Below, one piece after another: positions 19,083-29,282 of a DNA stretch of 64,000 nt (the stretch's first letter is position 1; every line of letters begins with the position of its first letter). Source of the stretch: an uncultured Acidobacteriota bacterium (GTDB lineage: Bacteria > Acidobacteriota > Polarisedimenticolia > Gp22-AA2); the NCBI GenBank assembly GCA_964384905.1, contig CAYLND010000002.1, forward strand, positions 669 through 64,668, written 5' to 3'. The position numbers were made by a program, and so were the translations under genes. Under the pieces are notes generated by a model, which was given only the letters and a program-made list of their open reading frames with translations, had not been told where the DNA came from and searched no databases.

Positions 19083-21461
19083 ATGACGTGGCGCGGCATC
19101 GCCATCGGACTCGTGATCGGAGCGTGCTTCTGGCCGTCGGTCGCGTCCGCCGCCGACAAGGAGCAGAAGGGGAGCGTCACGGGCGAGGCGCTGGTCGGGG
19201 TCACCGGTCAGGATCAGGACCCGGTCGACTCCGCCAAGTTCCACGAGTTCCGGGACGTGCCGAGCGGCTTCACCGCCGACCGCCTGTTCCTGAGCTGGAC
19301 GCCCAGGGAAGACTTCTTCTTCGATCTGCGCGCGGCCGACGTGTCGCAGCGCGACCAGAGGATCGGGGTGACGTTCGGCAGGACTGATCTCTGGCAAGGA
19401 TCGATGACATGGACGGAAAACCCCCGCCTCTGGACCGATCACGCCCGTCAGCTGTATGCCCGGCAGGCGGGAGCCGTGTTCACTCTCGACGACTCCCTGC
19501 AGTCGGCCATCCAGGGCGGCGCGGCGAACGTCGACGCGGACAGCAACGGTCAATGGGACGCCGGGACCAAGGGGGCGATCCTGAAGAGCGCCATCAACAG
19601 CTCCGCGCAGGAGATCCCCGTCGGGTGGCGCCGCGAGACGGGCGGCCTGGGATTCAGGCTGACCCCCGGACGTCACTGGACCTTCACCGCTTCCGGGCAG
19701 CGCGAGCGCCGCGCCGGCGCGATTCCGCAGTCGCTCGGGATGTACTTCGCGCTGTCGCCGAGCGAGGTCGCCGCGCCGCTCGATTACCGCACCGACTGGG
19801 AGTCGGTCGGGGCGGAGTACACCCGGCGAGGCTTCAACGCCGGCGTGCAGCTCACCGCCTCGCAGTTCGCGACCGGCTACGATTCGGTCACCTGGGACGA
19901 TCAGCTCTTCCTCAACGACACGGCGGTGAACGCCACGACGGCCGACCCGGCGCGCGGGCGCCTGTCCTCCGCCACCGGCAACCGGATGGCGCAGGGCACC
20001 CTGTTCGGCGGAGTCAACCTGCCGGCGCACACGCGCATCGACGCGACGGTGTCGCGCTCGCAGACGACGCAGGACGATCCGTTCCTGCCGACCACGACGA
20101 ACACCTTGCTGTCGCCGGCCGCCCTGCCGGCGACGAGCTACGACGGAAAGTACGACGTCGACTTCGCCTCGTTGAGGGTGTCGTCTCGGCCGACGAAGCT
20201 TCTGCGCTGGTCGGCCTGGGCCCGCGACTGGAAATACGACAACAAGTCGCCCGATCCGACCTTCGCCGACTATGTCATGACCGACTACCAGATCCCTCTC
20301 TGCCAGAACGCCAACGAGTGCGGCGCGACCACGAACCACATCGCTCGCCGCAGCCTGCCGTACGGCTGGCACCGCACGAACTTCGGAGGGTCCGCCGGCA
20401 TCCACCCGGTGTCCTGGCTGGACGGATCGCTCTCTCTCGAACGCGAGGACATCCGGCGCGATTTCAGCGCGGTCACGCGGAGCCACGACGACACGCTGAA
20501 GGTGACGCTCGATTTCGACGTCGCGGAGTGGCTCAGCATCAAGACGACTGCGCGCCGGCAGGAGCGGCGGGCCGACGACTACGACGCCGAGTACAACCTG
20601 GCGTCGTTTCCGATCGGCGAGGCGTTCGTGGCCGCCTCCAACGAAGGAGAGCGGCGCTTCATCTGGACCGACCGCGACCGCGATCAGTACAGTCTCCTCC
20701 TCGATTTCAACGCGACGAAGACGATTTCGATCTATGCCGAGACCACCTACACGCGGGATCTGTATCTCGATCCGAACACCGGAAAGCACATCGGGGATTC
20801 GTTCACCGTCCAGGAGGATCGCAACTTCGATACGGTTCCCGAGACCATCGACCTGCTCCTGGCGGGCCGGACCGACGACAAATACCTGTCCTACACGCTC
20901 GGGTTCGGCATCGCGCCCGGTCCGCGCTTCAGTCTCTACGCCGACTACACCTGGGAGGACAGCACCTACGGTCTCGAGAGCCGCTTCCGCACGCCCGTGT
21001 CCGGCATCGGCTCCGACAATCCGCTGGACAACTGGGGCGCCGACACGGACGACAGGTACAAGACCGCCACGCTCGGCTTCTCGGCAGATCCGTCGGGGGA
21101 CGCACGCTGGAAGATCGACGTCGACGCCTCCCGCTCGGAAGGGACCGGCAGGATCGCCAACCATTTCGTGCCCGGCGGGAACGCTTCCTCGGACACCACT
21201 CTCCTCGAATTCCCTCTCCTGAAGACGACGCTGACGATCGCGCAGGTGGGTTTCACGCGGACAATCAACAAGAGCCTCGACTACTCCGTTCGCTACTGGT
21301 ATGAGTCGTGGCACGAGGACAACTTCGCGAGCGATTTTTCACAGCCTTACATGGGGGATCCTGGAAACGATCCGGGGTCGGGGACTTCGATCTTTCTGGG
21401 CCTGGATTTCGCGAACTACACGAACCATCTCCTGACCTTCTTCATGCACTATCGGTTCTAG
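19083..21461 (+). CDS. decaheme-associated outer-membrane beta-barrel porin, MtrB/PioB family
   Basis: GGAGGG RBS, signal peptide, ~790-aa beta-rich protein ending in aromatic residues (FMHYRF). Sits 12 nt downstream of the MtrA-like gene, as in mtrAB/pioAB/mtoAB loci. Confidence 0.8.
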   Translation: MTWRGIAIGLVIGACFWPSVASAADKEQKGSVTGEALVGVTGQDQDPVDSAKFHEFRDVPSGFTADRLFLSWTPREDFFFDLRAADVSQRDQRIGVTFGRTDLWQGSMTWTENPRLWTDHARQLYARQAGAVFTLDDSLQSAIQGGAANVDADSNGQWDAGTKGAILKSAINSSAQEIPVGWRRETGGLGFRLTPGRHWTFTASGQRERRAGAIPQSLGMYFALSPSEVAAPLDYRTDWESVGAEYTRRGFNAGVQLTASQFATGYDSVTWDDQLFLNDTAVNATTADPARGRLSSATGNRMAQGTLFGGVNLPAHTRIDATVSRSQTTQDDPFLPTTTNTLLSPAALPATSYDGKYDVDFASLRVSSRPTKLLRWSAWARDWKYDNKSPDPTFADYVMTDYQIPLCQNANECGATTNHIARRSLPYGWHRTNFGGSAGIHPVSWLDGSLSLEREDIRRDFSAVTRSHDDTLKVTLDFDVAEWLSIKTTARRQERRADDYDAEYNLASFPIGEAFVAASNEGERRFIWTDRDRDQYSLLLDFNATKTISIYAETTYTRDLYLDPNTGKHIGDSFTVQEDRNFDTVPETIDLLLAGRTDDKYLSYTLGFGIAPGPRFSLYADYTWEDSTYGLESRFRTPVSGIGSDNPLDNWGADTDDRYKTATLGFSADPSGDARWKIDVDASRSEGTGRIANHFVPGGNASSDTTLLEFPLLKTTLTIAQVGFTRTINKSLDYSVRYWYESWHEDNFASDFSQPYMGDPGNDPGSGTSIFLGLDFANYTNHLLTFFMHYRF

Positions 21462-21495
21462 GCGCATACCTGAAGCGCATGGAGGACGTCTGACC

Positions 21496-23811
21496 ATGCC
21501 CGAACAGGATCAGGCACACGCGGGGCTCTCTCCGTGGTGGCGGCACGCCGCCATCCTGGTGATGATCTTCGGGTTCACCGTCCTGACCATCGTCACGGTC
21601 AGGACCTATACCAACGCGCCGCCGATACCGGCGGTCGTCGTCGATCAATCCGGGGCCCCGCTGTTCGGGCGGGCGGACATCGAGCACGGCCAGGAGGTCT
21701 TTTTCAAGTACGGGTTGATGGAGCACGGGACCCTCTGGGGGCATGGCGCCTACCTGGGCCCCGACTACAGCGCCGAGTACCTGCATCGTCTTGCGGAGAT
21801 CACGCGCGACACGCTGGCGACCTCGCGGTACGGTGTCGCGTACGCCGATCTGCAGCCTGCCGCGGCCAGCGACGTGAACGAGGCGGCCCGGCGCGAGCTG
21901 AAGGAGAATCGCTACGACGACGGGAAGGACAGGCTGACCTTCTCGCCCGGAGAGTCGGCGGCTTTCGCCGTCCAGAAGACGGAGTGGCACGACTATTTCG
22001 CGGGTCGCACGCCGGCACCCGGCTTGCCGGCCAACTACATCGGGAACACGGACGAGCTGGCGGCGCTGACCGCTTATTTCGCCTGGGCCGCTTGGGCGGC
22101 GGTCGCGAACCGTCCCGGCAAGGACTATTCCTACACCAACAACTGGCCGTACGACCCGGCGGCGGGCAACACGCCGAGCGCCTCGACCTATCTCTGGAGC
22201 GGGCTGAGTCTCGTCACGCTGCTCTCCGGTCTCGGTCTCGTCCTGTTCGTGTTCGGCAAGTTCGACTATCTCGGGTGGCGCGGCGAGAAGGGCACGGACC
22301 ACACGCACGGCAGCAACCTTCTCGGCTGGCGGACGACCCCGAGCCAGCGGGTCACCGCTCTCTACTTCGTGGTCGTGGCCCTGCTCTTCCTGCTCCAGAC
22401 GCTCGCCGGCGGCGCCCTGGCGCACTATCGGGTCGAGTCGGGCGCGTTCTACGGGCTCGATCTGGCGCGTTTTCTGCCGTACAACCTGCTGCGCACCTGG
22501 CACCTGCAGCTGGCGATCTTCTGGATCGCAACCGCCTGGGTGGCGGGCGGGCTGTTCCTGGCGCCGATCGTCGGAGGCGGCGAGCCACGAGGCCAGAGGG
22601 CCGGTGTGGTGATCCTCCTCGGCGCCCTCGCGGTCGTCGTCTTCGGGAGTCTCGCCGGCGAATACCTCGGGATCAACGGCCGGCTCGGCGGGCTCTGGTT
22701 CTGGCTGGGGCATCAGGGCTCGGAATATCTCGACCTCGGCCGCTTCTGGCAGCTCCTTCTGGCGGTCGGCCTCGTCCTGTGGCTGGTGCTGATGTTCCGC
22801 GCCTTGCGCCCGGCGATGAAGCGAGGCGGTCGGGACTCGCTGGCGGCGCTTTTTCTCTACGCCGCGGTGGCCATCCCGGTCTTCTACCTGCCCGCGCTGT
22901 TCTACGGACCGCACACCAACTACGCGGTCATCGACAACTGGAGGTTCTGGATCATCCATCTCTGGGTGGAGGGGTTCTTCGAGCTGTTCGCCACGGTGCT
23001 GGTCGCCGTCATCTTCTTACAGATGGGGCTGGTGAGCGCGCGCACGGCGACGCGCCTGGTCTACCTCGACGCCATTCTCTATCTGGGCGCGGGCGTCATC
23101 GGCACCGGACACCACTGGTACTTCACCGGCCAGGGGACGCTCAACATGGGTCTGGCGGCCTGCTTCTCCGCCATGGAAGTGGTGCCGCTGACGCTCCTGA
23201 CGCTGGACGCGTGGGACTTCGTCCGGCTCAAGGATCGGCGCTGCGACGATTGCGGGAAGCCGTTCGCCGCGCGCCAGAAGTGGGCGATCTACTTCCTGAT
23301 GGCGGTCGGATTCTGGAACTTCGTCGGGGCGGGCGTGTTCGGCTTCCTGATCAACCTGCCGATCATCTCGTATTTCGAGATCGGAACGGTGCTGACCAGC
23401 AACCATGGGCACACCGCCATGTTCGGCGTGTTCGGCATGCTGGCGCTGGGCGTTCTGGTGTTCTGCCTGCGCGCCCTGACGGACGACGAACGGTGGGCCC
23501 GCAGCGAGCCGCTGGTGCGGGTCGGCTTCTGGGGGCTCAACGCGGGTCTGGCGCTGATGGTGCTCCTGGACCTTTTCCCCGCCGGGGTCGTTCAGCTCTG
23601 GGACTCGTTGGAGAACGGCTACTGGCACGCTCGGCGGCTCTCGTTCACCATGACCGGTATCTTCCACACCCTCGAATGGCTGCGAATGGGCGCCGACCTC
23701 TGTTTCCTGCTCGCGGGCGTCGTCCCGCTCGTCGCCGCGACCCTGCGCGCCGCAATCGGCGGCCGCATCGAATCGGGCGCCCTGCCTGCCTCGGCGACCC
23801 ATCCTCGCTGA
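21496..23811 (+). CDS. norZ: quinol-dependent nitric-oxide reductase large subunit (qNOR)
   Basis: 771 aa with an N-terminal extension carrying the qNOR-type ...VFFKYGLMEHGTLWGHGAYLGPD motif, 12+ TM helices, and heme-copper/NOR catalytic motifs HLWVEGFFE and GHHWYF. Confidence 0.85.
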   Translation: MPEQDQAHAGLSPWWRHAAILVMIFGFTVLTIVTVRTYTNAPPIPAVVVDQSGAPLFGRADIEHGQEVFFKYGLMEHGTLWGHGAYLGPDYSAEYLHRLAEITRDTLATSRYGVAYADLQPAAASDVNEAARRELKENRYDDGKDRLTFSPGESAAFAVQKTEWHDYFAGRTPAPGLPANYIGNTDELAALTAYFAWAAWAAVANRPGKDYSYTNNWPYDPAAGNTPSASTYLWSGLSLVTLLSGLGLVLFVFGKFDYLGWRGEKGTDHTHGSNLLGWRTTPSQRVTALYFVVVALLFLLQTLAGGALAHYRVESGAFYGLDLARFLPYNLLRTWHLQLAIFWIATAWVAGGLFLAPIVGGGEPRGQRAGVVILLGALAVVVFGSLAGEYLGINGRLGGLWFWLGHQGSEYLDLGRFWQLLLAVGLVLWLVLMFRALRPAMKRGGRDSLAALFLYAAVAIPVFYLPALFYGPHTNYAVIDNWRFWIIHLWVEGFFELFATVLVAVIFLQMGLVSARTATRLVYLDAILYLGAGVIGTGHHWYFTGQGTLNMGLAACFSAMEVVPLTLLTLDAWDFVRLKDRRCDDCGKPFAARQKWAIYFLMAVGFWNFVGAGVFGFLINLPIISYFEIGTVLTSNHGHTAMFGVFGMLALGVLVFCLRALTDDERWARSEPLVRVGFWGLNAGLALMVLLDLFPAGVVQLWDSLENGYWHARRLSFTMTGIFHTLEWLRMGADLCFLLAGVVPLVAATLRAAIGGRIESGALPASATHPR

Positions 23812-23875
23812 CGACCTGCGGCAGCCGTGATTCCGGCTCCCGACATTGCGCGGCCGCGACCCGGACCTATATTTG

Positions 23876-25651
<1,776 letters not shown>

Positions 25652-25750
25652 GAACCCGCCCGCTTGCTTTCCCTCGTGGTGGAGACCAGATTTCGCGCTG
25701 CGGACGGGACGAGTTCCGCCTGGAGGAGCTGAGCCATTCGTCGCCCACGC

Positions 25751-26929
25751 GTGCTTCTTCTGGTCGGCTCGGTGCTGGCAGCCGGGCTGACCGGATGGGC
25801 AGCCCAATCGGAATTCGTGATCGTGACGAACGAGGACAACGGGGAGATTGCGGTGTCCTCTTACGTGCTGCAGGAGGATGATTTTCTCAATCCGCGGCTT
25901 CGCCTCCTTAGAAGCCGCGAGAAGCTCGACGATGTGGTCGCTGCCGGCGCGACCCAGTTCGACAAGATCGTCCTCCTGCGGCGCTGGGTCAGGAGCCAGT
26001 GGCAATCGAGCGGTGACTTCTACTACCCTCCCTGGGACGCCCTCGAGATTCTGGATCTCGCGAGACAGCACGGAAACCGGGGGTTCTGCGCGCAGTACGC
26101 CGTCGTCTTCCTGCAGGCCTGCCAGTCGCTGGGCATCCACGGGCGCTATGTCGATCTGTCCGGGCATTTCATCGTGGCCGTCTGGTCGGACGATTTCGAC
26201 AAATGGGTGGTGATGGATCCGAGCCAGGACATTCATTATGAGAAGGACGGCGTTCCAGCCGGTGGCGCCACACTGTGCCGGGCGTACTGGGGGAAGGACG
26301 TCCGGGGGTTCGCGCAGTGCGACTCCTCCGGCCACCGGAACCCGGTCGCTCTGGGCGACTTGGCCAATTACCGGCTGTATTCGATCGACCTGACTGCGAA
26401 CCAGCTCTCGGTCCCGGTGCAGGTCCAGGTCAACGGCGTCTGGAAGGCGCTCGTGCATGCGAACAACTACCGCAGCTACCCGCGGATCGGCAGGGACGCC
26501 GTGATCATCGGTTCGAATTTTCTCGCCTGGCGCGTCCAGGAATCGGAGGCATGGTCGACCCCGCGCCCGGAGACCCGCGACCAGGACGAGTTCCGCTACG
26601 CGCTGAATCAGACCGTCATCCTGCTCGCCAACGAACGCGTCCGGGACAGGATCATGAAGGTCGTGCTGATGAGCAACAACAGCCCGACGTTCGAGAGGTT
26701 CCTGGTCCGATCCGACGGCGGCTCCGACTGGGTGCCGAGCCCGGCCGCCAAGATCCGGTGGCAGCTGCACGCCGGGATGAACGAGCTCGACGCGCGCGTC
26801 GAGACGCGCTTCGGATGGCGGGGGAATGACAGCTCGATCCGGGTCCTCTACAAGCCGCCGCTGTTCGGATTTCTCCCTGCTCTTCGAGGGAACGTCGTCC
26901 GGCTGACCTGGCATCGGCCGGCCGCCTGA
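25751..26929 (+). CDS. transglutaminase-like cysteine protease superfamily protein
   Basis: Cys-His-Asp arrangement (GNRGFCAQYAVVF...GHFIVAVW...VVMDPSQD). GTG start; an in-frame stop lies at 25730. Confidence 0.6.
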   Translation: MLLLVGSVLAAGLTGWAAQSEFVIVTNEDNGEIAVSSYVLQEDDFLNPRLRLLRSREKLDDVVAAGATQFDKIVLLRRWVRSQWQSSGDFYYPPWDALEILDLARQHGNRGFCAQYAVVFLQACQSLGIHGRYVDLSGHFIVAVWSDDFDKWVVMDPSQDIHYEKDGVPAGGATLCRAYWGKDVRGFAQCDSSGHRNPVALGDLANYRLYSIDLTANQLSVPVQVQVNGVWKALVHANNYRSYPRIGRDAVIIGSNFLAWRVQESEAWSTPRPETRDQDEFRYALNQTVILLANERVRDRIMKVVLMSNNSPTFERFLVRSDGGSDWVPSPAAKIRWQLHAGMNELDARVETRFGWRGNDSSIRVLYKPPLFGFLPALRGNVVRLTWHRPAA

Positions 26930-26954
26930 TCCCGCCGCAACCGCTGCGCGCTGC

Positions 26955-27911
26955 TCATCGCCTGCCAGCCGCCCGCGAGCGGTAGACGCGGGGGCTGACG
27001 CCGAACTCGGCGCGAAACGCGCGGTTGAAGTTCGACACGTCTCCGAAGCCGGAATCGAAGGCGATATCGAGGACGCGGGCCGAGTCGGCCGCGAGATGGA
27101 TCGCCGCTTCCCGCAGGCGCGACCGGAGAACGTACTGATGCGGCGTGGCGCCGGTCAGCCGCTGGAACGTGCGCAGGAAATGATACGGACTGAGACCGGC
27201 CTCCCGCGCCAGGCTCCCGAGCGCGAGCGACCCGTCCGGTCGCCGCTCGATCATCCGCACGCACCGCGTCACACGCGCCACGGCGCTGGGCGGAGCCGCG
27301 TCCGCGCCGGGCGCGACGCCTCCCAGGACGCGGAGCGCCCGCGCGGCGAGAAGGACGCCGATCTCCTCCCAGGGTGCGGGATTCGACCCGGCCAGACCGG
27401 CGCACGCCTGGGCGACGAGCGGCGACAGAGCAGGCAGAGGAGGCAGGCGGAGGATCCGGAATCGATTCCTTCCCCTCGACGCGCCCGCATCGCTCGCCAG
27501 CTCGTCGAAATAGTCCGGAGCATAATGGAATGACACGCAGCGGTCGCCCGCGCCGTGCTCGTGCCCGCACTCGAATCCCTGACCCGGTCTCCCGAGCAGG
27601 AGGGAGCCGGGCGTCATCAGGTCGCTTTCCCGGCCGGAGGCGTACTGGAAACTGCCCGAAACCACGATGGCGATCGCGACGTTCGAATGACGCTCCTCGA
27701 AACGGCGGTCCTGCGGTCCTGAGGTGCACACGACGTCGGCGGCGTACCAGCCGTCGCCGCTCGCGAGCGGGCGCGGCGTCGCCCGACCTGGGGAGCCGGT
27801 GAGCGCCCGATCGGCCAGAGCGCCCTCCACCTCGACCGCAAGTTTCGCCAAGATTCCGTCTCCCGTGGCGGCGTATAAGCGTCTCAGTATAGCGGAGCGG
27901 CCGGCGGCCAC
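26955..27911 (-). CDS. AraC-family transcriptional regulator with an N-terminal cupin-like domain
   Basis: C-terminal dual HTH of AraC type (HFLRTFQRLTGATPHQYV...DIAFDSGFGDVSNFNRAFRAEFGVSP). Confidence 0.8.
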   Translation of the reverse strand: MAAGRSAILRRLYAATGDGILAKLAVEVEGALADRALTGSPGRATPRPLASGDGWYAADVVCTSGPQDRRFEERHSNVAIAIVVSGSFQYASGRESDLMTPGSLLLGRPGQGFECGHEHGAGDRCVSFHYAPDYFDELASDAGASRGRNRFRILRLPPLPALSPLVAQACAGLAGSNPAPWEEIGVLLAARALRVLGGVAPGADAAPPSAVARVTRCVRMIERRPDGSLALGSLAREAGLSPYHFLRTFQRLTGATPHQYVLRSRLREAAIHLAADSARVLDIAFDSGFGDVSNFNRAFRAEFGVSPRVYRSRAAGRR

Positions 27912-27961
27912 CGAGCGGGTCGGCGGCCTCCGGATGCGCTCGTCAATCAGGGAGGATGAGG

Positions 27962-28339
27962 ATGTACGATCACGTGTCGCTGAAGGTCAAGGATGGCGCC
28001 AGGAGCAGGAAGTTCTTCGAGCGCGCGCTCGCGCCGCTGGGTTACAGGCTTCTGGACGAATCGGGAGGCGGCGCCGGGTTCGGAGCGGAGGACAAGTCGG
28101 CGCTCTGGATCGCGCCGGGTGCGGCGCACGCTCCGGCCGTTCATCTTGCTTTCGTGGCAACCGACCGCACCGGGGTGAACGCCTTCCACGAGGCGGCGCT
28201 TGCGGCGGGCGGCCGGGACAACGGAGGCCCGGGAATCCGCGAGAGCTACGGCCCGAACTACTACGCCGCCTTCGTTCTCGACCCGGACGGCAACAACATC
28301 GAAGCCGTCTGTCTGAAGCCGCAAACCTCCAGGAAGTGA
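27962..28339 (+). CDS. VOC/glyoxalase-family protein
   Basis: GGAGG RBS 6 nt before the ATG at 27962. Glyoxalase/bleomycin-resistance fold pattern (HVSLKVKD...FHEAAL...). Confidence 0.7.
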   Translation: MYDHVSLKVKDGARSRKFFERALAPLGYRLLDESGGGAGFGAEDKSALWIAPGAAHAPAVHLAFVATDRTGVNAFHEAALAAGGRDNGGPGIRESYGPNYYAAFVLDPDGNNIEAVCLKPQTSRK

Positions 28340-28484
28340 CCACGAGGGGGCCGCGCGCGGCGTCTGCCCGGGCCCTGCGCGGCCTCATCGTGCCCGCCGT
28401 CGAGTGAGGTGACAATCCGGCCCGCGCGAAAATGATAGAATTCCGCACTCGCCGCGTCGTTCGTGCGGTCGGAGAGCCGGTCCG

Positions 28485-29132
28485 GTGAAAACCTCATACC
28501 GCCTGTTGAGTGCAGGTCTCGTCGGGTTTGTCTGCCTGGCGGCGGCGCCGGCCGCCCCGGAGCAGGATCGGGACGCGGCGCCGGCGGAGAGCCCGCCCGA
28601 CGCGGGCAAGCAGGGGCCCGGCGTCGCCAAGCAGATCTTTCCCACGGAGATGCAGTATCGCATCGGCGTCGAGGATGTCCTGCTCGTCTCGGTCTGGAGG
28701 GACGCGGATCTGACCCGCGAGGTCCCGGTCCGGCCGGACGGCAAGATCTCGCTCCCCCTGATTCAGGACATCGTCGCTGCCGGGAAGACACCCGCGGACC
28801 TCGGGCAGGAGATTCAAGTCCGGCTCAAGGAGTACATGAGCAACCCGTCCGTGACCGTCATCGTCAGGGAGATCAACAGCATCAAGATCTATCTCCTCGG
28901 GGAGGTGGCTCGACCTGGGCCGGTCATGCCGAAGACGCAGATCCGTCTGCTCCAGGCGATCGCCATGGCCGGAGGGCTCACCCCGTTCGGAGGCAAGAAA
29001 AACATCGTCGTCTTTCGCAAGACCCCTTCGGGGGAGAAGGTCATCGAGGTGTCGTACCAGAACATCGTCTCCGGAAAGAAGCCGGACGACGACCTGATCC
29101 TCGAATCGGGCGACACGGTCGTGGTCCGCTGA
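28485..29132 (+). CDS. polysaccharide export outer-membrane protein (Wza/Poly_export + SLBB)
   Basis: Lipoprotein/secreted N-terminus, Poly_export motif region (IGVEDVLLVSVW...PVRPDGKISLPLI) and a C-terminal SLBB-like region (GDTVVV). Confidence 0.8.
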   Translation: MKTSYRLLSAGLVGFVCLAAAPAAPEQDRDAAPAESPPDAGKQGPGVAKQIFPTEMQYRIGVEDVLLVSVWRDADLTREVPVRPDGKISLPLIQDIVAAGKTPADLGQEIQVRLKEYMSNPSVTVIVREINSIKIYLLGEVARPGPVMPKTQIRLLQAIAMAGGLTPFGGKKNIVVFRKTPSGEKVIEVSYQNIVSGKKPDDDLILESGDTVVVR

Positions 29133-29144
29133 GTGAGCGCGCCG

Positions 29145-29176
29145 GGGAGCGGAGGCTCCCGAGGCCCGTGCCTTTT
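29145..29176 (+). terminator. possible Rho-independent terminator after the wza-like gene
   Basis: GGGAGC-ggag-GCTCCC hairpin followed by a CCTTTT tract about 12 nt later. The T-run is short and distant. Confidence 0.25.
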
Positions 29177-29282
29177 CTCCTGCATCGATCGCGTCTCTCC
29201 ACTCCCGTCCTCAGCGCGGCGACGCATGACCCTTTGAGCGCCGACCGGGGCATGCTCGGTCTTCGATAAGGGACTCGGGTCC

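Noticed and set aside
18771-21314. 847-aa minus-strand ORF antisense to the mtrA-like and mtrB-like genes
   Set aside because: Same antisense composition, and the plus-strand proteins have clear family signatures. Other long shadow ORFs (54543..57242 -, 43103..45184 -, 21442..22959 -, 29211..31517 -, 47593..49011 -) were rejected for the same reason.
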